DNA from: a virus
IMG/VR virus record: IMGVR_UViG_3300017613_002552
Span: 4,943-68,942 of that record
Direction: 5' to 3' (one strand)
Length of the DNA: 64,000 bases
Shown here: one piece after another, positions 31,011 through 39,912 of the stretch
How the letters are laid out: each line of letters begins with the position of its first letter
How positions within the stretch are numbered: the first letter of the stretch is position 1
Program-made: the position numbers and the translations under genes
Notes under the pieces: model-generated
Databases searched by the model: none
What the model was told of the DNA's origin: nothing
What the model saw: the letters and a program-made list of their open reading frames with translations, nothing else

Positions 31011-32147
31011 TTACAGGTCGGCGTCAAAGATGAAAATCTGGTCGGCGCGTTCGAGAATTGGGAATACGACTTCGCCGACACCAACACGGTCCTCATACGG
31101 AGGCTCAACGTCCTTGCCGTGCCAGGTGTACTTGCCAGGCTTGTACGTTCCATCTGGTGCAGGCGCAGAGGCAGTGTAGCCAACATCGACACCGGGCGGG
31201 ATGACAATCAAGCGGTTCTCTCGCAGGAACGGGACGGTGTTGAGCGTAGGACCATCTGGGCTGGTGATATTACTGCGATACGTCCAGTTGGCATTGTACG
31301 GAATCAGTTCATACCCGAACTGGACCTTCAAGAACTCCTGGAACTTACTTGTGTTGATGAAGGGAGTTCCCTTCTCGGTGCCTTGCACCCAGGCCAGAAC
31401 CTTTGTGTTGAAGGCGATATACGAAAGCAAGGTTCCACCCATGATGATCTTGGAGCCATGCGCATTGACGCCGATGGTCCTCTCGATCAGGTGGGCAATG
31501 ACCTCAAGGTCCAGGATTGGATCACTTGAGGGATCAGTCCACGCAACCCCACCACCGGCGCGAGCGTTGTATCCAGAGAGGGTCGTTGCGGCTTGCTGGA
31601 ACACAGCCCTGAGCGGGAAAGAGATGGTGATCTGAACGTCACCCCAACTCGGCATCGGCGATTCGATATCGGCCCCGGAGCCATCAACTGGGGGCCACAC
31701 AATCTCGCCTTGCAGAGCGTGCATCTGCATATACTCGATCTGCGAATCTACCTCGTCATCGCAGGCTGCGGCTTTCTTCCGCAACTTGTCCTGTGCTTCC
31801 TTCCGCATATTCCAGGCATTGGTGCCCACGGCAGGCTTGCCAGGCTCGCGCAAAATCATCACGTCCTGCGCGTGCATCACGCGGGAGGCCATGACATTTT
31901 TGGCCTCGGAGAACTTGCTGGCAAACGGCAGTTCAGAACCAGGAACCGGCACGCCGTTGATGGCGTACAAGCCAGCCAGGTTGTTCTCACTCGATACGAC
32001 ATCCCAGGTCAATTTGTACGCGCCGACAGGCTTCTTTGGAAGAAGCGTGCTGCCAAGGTACTGAGCCCGATACGCATCAAGCTCCGGGCGGGTCTTGATC
32101 ACACCGGTCATGAACTGTTTCGTCAGCGGGTTTGGATGTAGTGCCAT
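31011..32147 (-). CDS. major capsid protein (HK97 fold, lambda-E-like)
   Basis: 378 aa; EYMQMHALQG, WTDPSSDPILDL; GAGGAGG SD; synteny. Confidence 0.88.
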   Translation of the reverse strand: MALHPNPLTKQFMTGVIKTRPELDAYRAQYLGSTLLPKKPVGAYKLTWDVVSSENNLAGLYAINGVPVPGSELPFASKFSEAKNVMASRVMHAQDVMILREPGKPAVGTNAWNMRKEAQDKLRKKAAACDDEVDSQIEYMQMHALQGEIVWPPVDGSGADIESPMPSWGDVQITISFPLRAVFQQAATTLSGYNARAGGGVAWTDPSSDPILDLEVIAHLIERTIGVNAHGSKIIMGGTLLSYIAFNTKVLAWVQGTEKGTPFINTSKFQEFLKVQFGYELIPYNANWTYRSNITSPDGPTLNTVPFLRENRLIVIPPGVDVGYTASAPAPDGTYKPGKYTWHGKDVEPPYEDRVGVGEVVFPILERADQIFIFDADL

Positions 32148-32159
32148 TGTTTTCCTCCT

Positions 32160-32576
32160 CTAGCCCCACTCTACCAGTCGAGCTTTGAAATTGTGGCCGG
32201 TGGCCTGCTTGATGGCATCCGGGATATCACCAACGGTTCCACCCCAGACGAAGCATCGTTCCTCGATGGCGTTTGCACGGGTCGCCGGGGCAACGATCTG
32301 CGACTCGAAGGTGCAATCCCATAGTTCGGTGATAATGCCTTCGTAGTAGGCAGAGTAGGCACCGTAGCTACTCGCGGCGCTCCAAGGCACGTACATACTC
32401 TGATCGTCGTTCTTGCCGACGATCATGCCCGGCCTCAAAAAGTAGTTGCCAAAGTCATCGACGGTCAACTTGGTTCTATCAAACGGAAGGCTCACGCCCC
32501 GATCCCAAACCCGCTTGACAACCGTCTCAACGGTTCGGTCTCCCATACTGGTTACTGCGTCTACACTTAGGGCCAT
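32160..32576 (-). CDS. head decoration protein
   Basis: LRPGMIVGK....YVPW pattern; between scaffold and capsid genes; GGAGGAG SD before ATG 32576. Confidence 0.75.
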   Translation of the reverse strand: MALSVDAVTSMGDRTVETVVKRVWDRGVSLPFDRTKLTVDDFGNYFLRPGMIVGKNDDQSMYVPWSAASSYGAYSAYYEGIITELWDCTFESQIVAPATRANAIEERCFVWGGTVGDIPDAIKQATGHNFKARLVEWG

Positions 32577-32578
32577 GT

Positions 32579-33031
32579 TTACTCCTCCCACTCTTTGGCG
32601 TAGTCAAATTCATCTTCTTCGCCATCTTCTTCCCGACCGGAAGAACTTTTTCGTTCCAGCGGGACACTGCCTGGCATCACTTCGATCAGGCTGCCGACAG
32701 CATCAATCAGATATTCCAGCAAGAGTCGGCCCGGTTTCTCGCTATCTTTCGACAGCTTCACAGGGTCATCGCCCTCACCAATCTCTCCGAATCGGAGAAT
32801 ACCGCCAAACCATTCAATGAGCGGCTTCGGCAAACCATTCCCCTCTTCATCCCGATGGGTTTCGGCCCTTGCTACAACAGCAGCAACTTTGGCCTCCATC
32901 GCCTCGGCCTCAAGCTTGACCAGTCTCTCCTCGGCGAGCTTGAGATTCTTTCCGTCTTGCTCAAGTTCGGCTACCTTGGCGGCGAGAGAAGCCTTCTCTT
33001 GCTCAAGCTTTTTCAGTTCTTTGTCACTCAC
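32579..33031 (-). CDS. putative nested scaffold protein from internal GTG start
   Basis: GAGGAGG-ATTCA-GTG in frame at the start of the coiled-coil region. Confidence 0.55.
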   Translation of the reverse strand: MSDKELKKLEQEKASLAAKVAELEQDGKNLKLAEERLVKLEAEAMEAKVAAVVARAETHRDEEGNGLPKPLIEWFGGILRFGEIGEGDDPVKLSKDSEKPGRLLLEYLIDAVGSLIEVMPGSVPLERKSSSGREEDGEEDEFDYAKEWEE

Positions 33032-33751
33032 TGAATCCTCCTCTTCTTCTTCTACTCCTACTTCAAGGTTAACGATTGGGCAAAAATCACCGGTGGCAAG
33101 CTCAAGATCGAGCTTGACATCATCTCGTTTCCAATTGCGGTGAAACTCCATGCTGGAATACTTGAATTCACCACCTGAGATTGCCTGGATACCAGGAGGA
33201 GTCGGATCGACCAGGCCCCAAAACTCCTTCTCAGTAGGCTCAGAATCCAGCTTCACATCGCCGACAACTACCTGGATTTCATCACCTAACAGCAAGTGCG
33301 TAAACCAGCCAAGGGCACCAGCTTGCGGCTTGTGCCGGGCATCATACGCCGCATCCTGCCCAGTCACCTGGTCGGCGAAATTCTTCTGCATTGCAAGGAA
33401 AATCGGCCTGTTCAGAACAAAGGGGCCACTTGGATGATCGAAAAATCCAGGGTTCGCCAGGTGGACAAGGAGCTTGCTTTCACCATCGATCTCAACGACC
33501 TGCGTTGGTTTCAGTTTCGGAATATACGGTCGATTTGTTGCAGCGGCACCAATGAGGGCGGGGCCAAATCCGTCTGAGAGCATAATCTCAAGGGATTCCG
33601 CCTTGGACTTTTTCAGCGCGGCAGTGCATATCGCATGAGCCTGAGACTTCGCATCCTGACCATCTTTTGCAGTTGGCCTAGAAGCAGGGTCCTTCTTCCA
33701 CTTTGCCAAGAGCCCGGCAACACATTTATCAAGATTTGCTGGCATTTTCAT
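32579..33751 (-). CDS. Mu-gpI-like prohead protease/scaffold, motifs permuted
   Basis: LIGAAATNRPY, YDARH, GALGWF, GEFKYSSMEF; coiled-coil C-terminal half. Confidence 0.8.
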   Translation of the reverse strand: MKMPANLDKCVAGLLAKWKKDPASRPTAKDGQDAKSQAHAICTAALKKSKAESLEIMLSDGFGPALIGAAATNRPYIPKLKPTQVVEIDGESKLLVHLANPGFFDHPSGPFVLNRPIFLAMQKNFADQVTGQDAAYDARHKPQAGALGWFTHLLLGDEIQVVVGDVKLDSEPTEKEFWGLVDPTPPGIQAISGGEFKYSSMEFHRNWKRDDVKLDLELATGDFCPIVNLEVGVEEEEEDSVSDKELKKLEQEKASLAAKVAELEQDGKNLKLAEERLVKLEAEAMEAKVAAVVARAETHRDEEGNGLPKPLIEWFGGILRFGEIGEGDDPVKLSKDSEKPGRLLLEYLIDAVGSLIEVMPGSVPLERKSSSGREEDGEEDEFDYAKEWEE

Positions 33752-33764
33752 CTCCTCAATTGCT

Positions 33765-33793
33765 ATAATACCATAAAACTCTTATGGTGTCAA
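33765..33793 (-). promoter_or_regulatory. sigma70-type promoter TTGACA-N17-TATTAT for the protease/capsid operon
   Basis: Consensus -35, TG extended -10; spacer is palindromic. Confidence 0.75.
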
Positions 33794-35083
33794 GTGGGTT
33801 GATGGGATTACATTGACACCAGTTTTGTTAAGTTCAGCGGCGAGAGCGTAACAGCTTTTGATTTTCTCCTCGAATAAACTGGCGGTAGTATCCCAAGAAA
33901 GGCTTCCAGCCAGCTTTAAGCCACGAGCTATCCACATCTCTCGCTCAACTTTATCTTCGTAAAGGTAAAGAACTGCCTCGGCCATCTCCGTGCAACTCAC
34001 AAGGGGCAACTGAGCGCCGGTGTGCCAGAAATCCACGGCACTGGGCTGCATCATAACAGCGCTCTCGCCATAGATTTCCGATCTTGCAAAACCATCGTCA
34101 GTTGTAATTACTGGAACACCGCAAGCCATTGCTTCGATGGCCGGTAGATTGAAGCCATGAGCACTCGCCGGATCAATGTAGACATCGAAGAGGTTCATCA
34201 TGCTTATGAAATCCAGCTTTGACAAATTTTCTAGCTCCTGCTCCTCTTCTACTGGTAGCGGGAGATTCAGTAACTCTTTCAGGTCCCCACTTCTTGGCCT
34301 ACCTACAAACTTCCTGCCAGATTGCGCAGGCTTGAGAGTCACCACGTCTTCAACGCCAAACTCTTTGATCATCCAGCCGAGTTCCCATCCACCAATATGG
34401 CCGTCGCCCTTCTCCTCGCAGTGGAGATAAACCATGAACTTCGGGCCGATCCGCTCCTTCAGTTGTCGGGCCATTCCTAGTACGGCGGGTTGACGATTGG
34501 TACGCTTGTTCACGCCAACCATTCCAATGATGAACTTGTCACCCCACCCAACGATTTCCTTCAATTGCATTCTAGTTTCTTCATCGTATCGGCGGAATGG
34601 GGCATGATCGGCACCATGATACACATAGTCAACTGCATGACCATACTCCATTAACACATCCCTTCCCCACTTTGTGTAAGTCACTGGCTCCTTTACTATC
34701 GAAACCTGTGTAACAACGTGTGGGTTCAATGGGGAACCTTCTATCGGGAAATACGTCACTGCCGGGAGAAGCTTACCAGTAACGGCGAGGGTGCCAAAGC
34801 GGTTTCGCAGCGTTCCAGGGTCTCCAAGGAAAAAGATCACATCTGGGTCGGCTTGCTGCAAGAAATCCACAGAGCACCTGAAACCCAACGGGTCATTTGC
34901 CGGTACTGGGTAGTACATATTGTATGGCGAAATGTCACTTGGAATTACTCGGTGCATAGCACCGAGGACACTTACCTCGAATTCATCCATCGGCCAGCGG
35001 GACATGATAGCCCTGGCTACGACGCCGAATCCTGAAAAAATGAATGGCGAATCTCCAATGTACGCGACTTTGATTTTGCTCAT
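33782..35083 (-). CDS. GT4 (GT-B) glycosyltransferase
   Basis: SGFGVV N-terminus; DVYIDPASAHGFNLPAIEAMACGVPVIT; LSWD. Confidence 0.9.
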   Translation of the reverse strand: MSKIKVAYIGDSPFIFSGFGVVARAIMSRWPMDEFEVSVLGAMHRVIPSDISPYNMYYPVPANDPLGFRCSVDFLQQADPDVIFFLGDPGTLRNRFGTLAVTGKLLPAVTYFPIEGSPLNPHVVTQVSIVKEPVTYTKWGRDVLMEYGHAVDYVYHGADHAPFRRYDEETRMQLKEIVGWGDKFIIGMVGVNKRTNRQPAVLGMARQLKERIGPKFMVYLHCEEKGDGHIGGWELGWMIKEFGVEDVVTLKPAQSGRKFVGRPRSGDLKELLNLPLPVEEEQELENLSKLDFISMMNLFDVYIDPASAHGFNLPAIEAMACGVPVITTDDGFARSEIYGESAVMMQPSAVDFWHTGAQLPLVSCTEMAEAVLYLYEDKVEREMWIARGLKLAGSLSWDTTASLFEEKIKSCYALAAELNKTGVNVIPSTHLTP

Positions 35084-35104
35084 CTGTCTTCTCCTATTTT
35101 TATT

Positions 35105-35641
35105 CTACTCGAACGGCCTGCTGCTAATTTCTTCTTGCGGACCCCTCAATTCATGATTTTCCTCTTCAAGTACTTCCATCCGCCCACGCAGGGTCTCTAT
35201 TTCTCTTGATTGGGTTTCTATTTCTTCTGATTGCCTTTCTTTCTCCTCCCTTTCTTCAGCTAGTTTTTTACCAAGCTCTTTAACAGTAGCAGTGAGTAAC
35301 GTATTTCTTTGCTGCTCCCTCCCAAGCTTCGCTTTTACTTCTCCGAGTTCACTCTCAAGCTTGCTTTTTGTTTCCGCCAAATCCTCCTTCAGTGCCGTAA
35401 CCTGATCTTGTAGATCATCTATTATGCCACTCTGTGCTGTAACTTTCACAGCATCGGTTTCAGCATCGACTTTCTCTGTCTCAGCATCGACTTTCTCTGT
35501 CTCAGCATCGACTTTCCTTGTCTCAGCATCGACCTTCTTTTTTTGTGACTTTGCAAGAAAATATGGAACAAGCTGACCAAGCAGTGTGATTATAATGCTG
35601 ATAATGAGTGGTACAATCAGATCGGCCCATTCAATTTCCAT
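35105..35641 (-). CDS. N-terminal TM + coiled-coil membrane protein (lysis-associated?)
   Basis: MEIEWADLIVPLIISIIITLLG...; KVDAETE heptads. Confidence 0.7.
   Translation of the reverse strand: MEIEWADLIVPLIISIIITLLGQLVPYFLAKSQKKKVDAETRKVDAETEKVDAETEKVDAETDAVKVTAQSGIIDDLQDQVTALKEDLAETKSKLESELGEVKAKLGREQQRNTLLTATVKELGKKLAEEREEKERQSEEIETQSREIETLRGRMEVLEEENHELRGPQEEISSRPFE
35460..35536. repeat. 21-bp tandem repeat (~3.6 copies) encoding KVDAET(E/R)
   Basis: TCAGCATCGACTTTCTCTGTC units at 35460, 35481, 35502, 35523. Confidence 0.9.
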
Positions 35642-35921
35642 CGCTAAACCTCGTATGCACTGTGATAAAGATAGCAACAATAGACCACAATGAAGAAATG
35701 TTACCAAGCAAGATAAATATATCAGATAATGGCGGCTCGCCCATGCTAGTAATCACCCTTGCAACAAGAATTACCCCAAATACAACCTGACCGACGAGCC
35801 AGCTAATAATGTACGCCCAGTCAACCAGGTATCGCCTATTCCGCCTTGCCCTGTAAGCTATGTAAGCTAGTGTAGCTAACACCATGACAAGGTAAGCAAT
35901 TTGTATGGGCCACCTGACCAT
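35631..35921 (-). CDS. 3-TM small membrane protein (holin-like)
   Basis: 96 aa, three hydrophobic segments. Confidence 0.6.
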   Translation of the reverse strand: MVRWPIQIAYLVMVLATLAYIAYRARRNRRYLVDWAYIISWLVGQVVFGVILVARVITSMGEPPLSDIFILLGNISSLWSIVAIFITVHTRFSDGN

Positions 35922-35933
35922 GATCTCACCTTT

Positions 35934-36185
35934 CTATTCTATTACGGCATCAAAAATCCACCCAAGGACAACGCCCGATCCAACAGTTGCAAAAGACACG
36001 AAGGTCTTTGCAGCATGTCGCCAGCCATTTGAAAAAGCATCAACAAAGACAACAATCAGGCTGCCGACTAGATAGCAAGCTATGGGCAATAGCCCCCTCC
36101 GGCTTGGGGTAAGTTTGTTGATCGCTGGTCTCATCAAATGCCCGGAAAATCCGGCGAAGATACCAAGTAGTAAATTGAGTACCAT
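35934..36185 (-). CDS. 3-TM small membrane protein (holin-like)
   Basis: 83 aa, three hydrophobic segments, AGGAG SD. Confidence 0.6.
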   Translation of the reverse strand: MVLNLLLGIFAGFSGHLMRPAINKLTPSRRGLLPIACYLVGSLIVVFVDAFSNGWRHAAKTFVSFATVGSGVVLGWIFDAVIE

Positions 36186-36194
36186 GCAGTTCTC

Positions 36195-36524
36195 CTATGC
36201 GTGGAAAAGCTTCTTAACGGCCATGTAAACGAAAGCTGATGGAGCATCCCTGAGCTTCAAACCACTTGGGCTCCGCTGCTCTACATTTACCTTGATTGGG
36301 ATAAACGTGATGGCTGGCTCGCTAAGATCGCCCATCATTTCGGGCCACTCGTTAGTTTTTTCCCTATGCTCAAGCATCGATCTGTCCAAGCGAAGACTTA
36401 ACTCCTCATTCGCAACAAACGTGCCACCGTACTCAAGCATTGCTGCCCGTACCTGCTCAACCGAAAGGGAAACATTTCTGATTGTCACAAAGCCATTTTC
36501 TACAGGAACCCTGCCCCTTGGCAT
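36195..36524 (-). CDS. hypothetical protein
   Basis: GAGGT SD before ATG 36524. Confidence 0.6.
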   Translation of the reverse strand: MPRGRVPVENGFVTIRNVSLSVEQVRAAMLEYGGTFVANEELSLRLDRSMLEHREKTNEWPEMMGDLSEPAITFIPIKVNVEQRSPSGLKLRDAPSAFVYMAVKKLFHA

Positions 36525-36526
36525 AT

Positions 36527-36802
36527 CTACCTCTCTACAACTCTGCAATAGCCCCTTCTGACGGCGGTACGACCGGCAGCGGTGACAATTTCATTCTTGA
36601 CGGTGTATCGCTCACCGGTCGTACCGCCAGACAGAAAGACAGTTGCGCTTGTCGTCGTGTTGCTCTCCGAATCCTTGGTCAGACCACTCCCAACAGTAAA
36701 CTCACTGGAGGAAATTGTATCTTCATCCCCCATTGATTCGAGCCAGTCTCCCCAGTCAACTCGGAAATCCAGAACTTCTTCTGGGTCTTTCTTGAATTCC
36801 AT
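36527..36802 (-). CDS. small fibre-adaptor-like virion protein
   Basis: KDPEEVLDFRVDW...VFLSGGT.GE.Y...GRT..R pattern common beside phage fibres. Confidence 0.7.
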   Translation of the reverse strand: MEFKKDPEEVLDFRVDWGDWLESMGDEDTISSSEFTVGSGLTKDSESNTTTSATVFLSGGTTGERYTVKNEIVTAAGRTAVRRGYCRVVER

Positions 36803-36812
36803 ACTACCTCGC

Positions 36813-37379
36813 TTATGAAGCGCTGGCCGTACAGGTCATCGTAACCGTCAGCGTGTCATCGTCATCAAGCGTCTTGTCTCCGGCAGAGAAGGCACCACCA
36901 CCGTACAGGGTCCCGGTGCTTCCACCTTTGGTGTTATTTGTGACAAGACAGGCACCACCAACGGTTGTATCGTTGGCTGAGATGGTGAATACTGCCGGGC
37001 TACCGCTGTTATCGACACTCTGGCCTGAGACACTGCCAAAGGTTGCAGTTTGCCGCGTGGCTTCGTCGTAAGCTGTGACCTCAGTCCATCCGGCGTGAGA
37101 AGCCATCGTATCCCCGGCAGCAACAGAGGGCGTGCCATCTGTCAGGAGAATGTAAAAAGCGGCGGTGTAAGCAGAACCCTTCAGGTGCTTGTCGAGGCTG
37201 TCATCTAGCCCCTCGTTGACGACGAGGTTATGCTCAATGGTATCTCTCCACTTCACCTTGCCGTCTCTGTCGCGGCATACAAATTCCCATACATTCTTCC
37301 GGCCCATTGCGGCCAACGCACCGGCACCGGCACCGGCACCGGCACCAACCTTGACGTTTTTACTGGAATCCTGAATCAT
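36813..37379 (-). CDS. virion structural protein (head-fibre module)
   Basis: GKVKWRD..HNLVVNEG..., DDDTLTVT. Confidence 0.7.
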   Translation of the reverse strand: MIQDSSKNVKVGAGAGAGAGALAAMGRKNVWEFVCRDRDGKVKWRDTIEHNLVVNEGLDDSLDKHLKGSAYTAAFYILLTDGTPSVAAGDTMASHAGWTEVTAYDEATRQTATFGSVSGQSVDNSGSPAVFTISANDTTVGGACLVTNNTKGGSTGTLYGGGAFSAGDKTLDDDDTLTVTMTCTASAS

Positions 37380-38971
37380 TTTTCCTCCATTTTTCTATCT
37401 TCAAAAGAAATAAAATACGCTCTTCCTTCGTGACCAACAGAGATGGACCTATTCTCTCTCAGGACAAACAGCGTTCTTTCTGCCGGTGTCACGATATCCA
37501 AATCTACAATAGTGCCACTTGTTTGAATTGCACTGACGACTTGAAGATCAATTCCTGCAATAGAAGCTACTGTGGCAAGAATTTCTGCAACAACAGAAGC
37601 GTTCAGGCCCAAATCAGCGCCAGCACCGGCCCGGCCAGCAATAGAGTCTGCCCTTGATACCGATATCGAAACACTACTCAACGCTCCAGAGGCACCACTC
37701 TCAGTCAAGCCCCTGGAGTGCCCAATCGAAAGCGAGACATCGTAGTTCAAGCCAGATGAGGCGCTTATTGCTAAAACAGTGCTTTCCACAATCGAGACGA
37801 GCGCCGACGCAAGTCCAGAACTGGACAAACCCGCCGATCTTTCGCCCAATACAGAGGCTTCAGTACTTGCTCCTGCCGAAGCAGCCATAGACTCGTAAAT
37901 CGCTACGGCGAGAGAGGAGGTTGCTTGAACACCCGCCCCTTGAGAAATTGACTTCAGGGAAGAAAGCTCGCTATCTGAGAGGGCAACAGCAAGACCATCC
38001 TCACTAATGCCCTGAGTCAAGGAAAGACTGGCACTCGCCGCTAACTGGGCAAGGGCTTCCTCCGAAATACTTACAACCTTCTCAACTTGAACCCCACCAG
38101 CGACTTGACCAAGTGCGGATTGAGAAGCGGCAAATACAGAAGATAATGCAGCGTCACCAACTGACTCACCAAGTGCGGATTGAGAAGCAGTCAAAACGGA
38201 AGATAGCGCCATGTCACCAACAGACTCACCAACGCCGGATTGAGCAATTGTGGCAATTCTGGACACTGACAGCGATACTTCCACATCTTCTGATGCACTT
38301 GCAGGCTGCGTAAAACCCATGACTGGCGCAGGGTAGTAAATTGGTATGTGATCAAGGACAGATGGCGTATTGTTCAGTGAAAGAGTGTTTCCACCTACCC
38401 GATCCTCAAGCCCCCTGATAAGGGGCCAGTAGCCAACCAAGCTCTGTGGCCTAACAAGTAATGGCGATGCTCCAGCAGCAAGAGAAGCTATTTCGGCTGC
38501 CGTCAGCGCAACATCCCAGATAGCCGCCTCTGCAATGAACCCGTTGCACCAATTCTCTGACGGAGAATACATCACCGCTCCAATGCTCACCCTATCTGCA
38601 TCGGTCGGAGCCACGTCTGTAGTCTCCGAACCAGAACTACCACCATCGATATAGGCAGTCCGTGACGTATCCGAGGTAAAGACGGCTGCACCATGATGCC
38701 AAGTGTCTTTAGTGTAGCCCGTACTCGTGAGTGCAGTGTATGGATTGCCCTCGCCCCTCGCCCTTGCTGCAACCGGATCGCCAGATTCATACCCTGCTGC
38801 AATTAGTGCCCAGTAATTCTTGTTGCGATCCTTGTCGCCAAGGTAGATCAAGCCGTGGTTGTCATAGCCGACATCGATATTAAACCAGCAGGCCATTGTG
38901 AGCGGCGTATCTGTTGCCGGTGCCGCATCGACATATAGGCATTCATCTGAGCCGTTAAAAGAGTACGCCAC
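37376..38971 (-). CDS. LamG-domain virion fibre with Ser/Ala-rich repeat stalk
   Basis: LTMACWFN, TWHHGAAVF, YIDG, AIWDVALTAAEI; 20-aa repeats. Confidence 0.75.
   Translation of the reverse strand: MAYSFNGSDECLYVDAAPATDTPLTMACWFNIDVGYDNHGLIYLGDKDRNKNYWALIAAGYESGDPVAARARGEGNPYTALTSTGYTKDTWHHGAAVFTSDTSRTAYIDGGSSGSETTDVAPTDADRVSIGAVMYSPSENWCNGFIAEAAIWDVALTAAEIASLAAGASPLLVRPQSLVGYWPLIRGLEDRVGGNTLSLNNTPSVLDHIPIYYPAPVMGFTQPASASEDVEVSLSVSRIATIAQSGVGESVGDMALSSVLTASQSALGESVGDAALSSVFAASQSALGQVAGGVQVEKVVSISEEALAQLAASASLSLTQGISEDGLAVALSDSELSSLKSISQGAGVQATSSLAVAIYESMAASAGASTEASVLGERSAGLSSSGLASALVSIVESTVLAISASSGLNYDVSLSIGHSRGLTESGASGALSSVSISVSRADSIAGRAGAGADLGLNASVVAEILATVASIAGIDLQVVSAIQTSGTIVDLDIVTPAERTLFVLRENRSISVGHEGRAYFISFEDRKMEEK
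38101..38245. repeat. 60-bp imperfect tandem repeat (20-aa unit) in the fibre stalk
   Basis: CCAAGTGCGGATTGAGAAGC at 38109 and 38169, degenerate third copy near 38229. Confidence 0.8.
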
Positions 38972-39462
38972 TATGTTTCCTTTATCTCGACAAACCTAAG
39001 TTCAGCATCGCCAGCAGCGGTGTCGCTGGAAGCATCCCTGGTCACTTTAACCCTGAAGCCCTCACCAACAGCAATGCTGTCCATGTCTGCGCCGTCTGTA
39101 AAGGCGACACTGACGATATCAACATTCCCACTCGTTCCTGGAACAGTAGTGTTATCGACGCTGTTCACGGCAGCGAAACCATCAGAGTCGAGGTCTTGTT
39201 GCTGGTCGCCGATCCTCTCAAGCGACACATCCCAGTCAACATCGCCAGATGTAGCAGAAGACATTGCAAAATGAAGATAAACCGTGATCCCGCCGCCAGC
39301 GTAGTTCCTGGGCATGATATCAGAGAGCACAGCCGATTCGTTTGTCGAATCATCGAAGTCCAAAACCGGATGACCATTCCTAAAATCTATGGTCGCATAA
39401 TTGCTACTCGGAGGCTCATTGTGAAGCGCTGTGAACCTGCAAAGCGTATCGCCACTAGCCAT
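38971..39462 (-). CDS. beta-sandwich virion protein
   Basis: Overlapping start/stop, beta-rich, in head-fibre module. Confidence 0.7.
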   Translation of the reverse strand: MASGDTLCRFTALHNEPPSSNYATIDFRNGHPVLDFDDSTNESAVLSDIMPRNYAGGGITVYLHFAMSSATSGDVDWDVSLERIGDQQQDLDSDGFAAVNSVDNTTVPGTSGNVDIVSVAFTDGADMDSIAVGEGFRVKVTRDASSDTAAGDAELRFVEIKET

Positions 39463-39746
39463 TAGCCCATCCCTCCCACGAGCCTTCGAGCAAGGGCGAT
39501 AGACACCCTAGCCGATGCAACCAGACAGAAGACGAGGGTTTTCTGACTAAGCGTGGCGTTGCCCCTGAATGCAACGGGCAGGGCCGTATTGAAGCTGGCC
39601 TGATTGTCGTCAATCCACTCATCAGTTGCAACAATGGCGGCCAGAAGGTCTGCCTTATCAAAATCTCCAAGTGTCTCGAAGGACCTGGACCAATACCTGG
39701 CAAGTCCCCGCCGAACCTTGTTTCTATCTTCGGTACTAAGGGGCAT
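39462..39746 (-). CDS. hypothetical protein
   Basis: GGAG SD, TAATG overlap with next gene. Confidence 0.7.
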   Translation of the reverse strand: MPLSTEDRNKVRRGLARYWSRSFETLGDFDKADLLAAIVATDEWIDDNQASFNTALPVAFRGNATLSQKTLVFCLVASARVSIALARRLVGGMG

Positions 39747-39912
39747 CTTTTAACTCCACTTCTCGCCAATGCAATTCACCATCGGCGAGGTACAATTCCA
39801 GAACTACTCCGTCGCAAAACTCAAATGGTTGCGGCTTTCCAGAAAAGGCACTATCAATAAGCAAGGAAAACGATCTCAAGTAGCCCTCTTTAAGAACCTT
39901 CTTCTGTTCCAC
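39736..39912 (-). CDS. 58-aa hypothetical protein (not in ORF track)
   Basis: GGAGG SD, GTG start, fills gap in the late operon. Confidence 0.45.
   Translation of the reverse strand: MEQKKVLKEGYLRSFSLLIDSAFSGKPQPFEFCDGVVLELYLADGELHWREVELKDAP

Noticed and set aside
35460-35536. 21-bp repeats as a CRISPR mini-array
   Set aside because: Tandem with no spacers and in frame as a coiled-coil heptad
37318-37346. GCACCG hexamer run as a phase-variable tract
   Set aside because: Unit is a multiple of three and only encodes a GAGAGA linker
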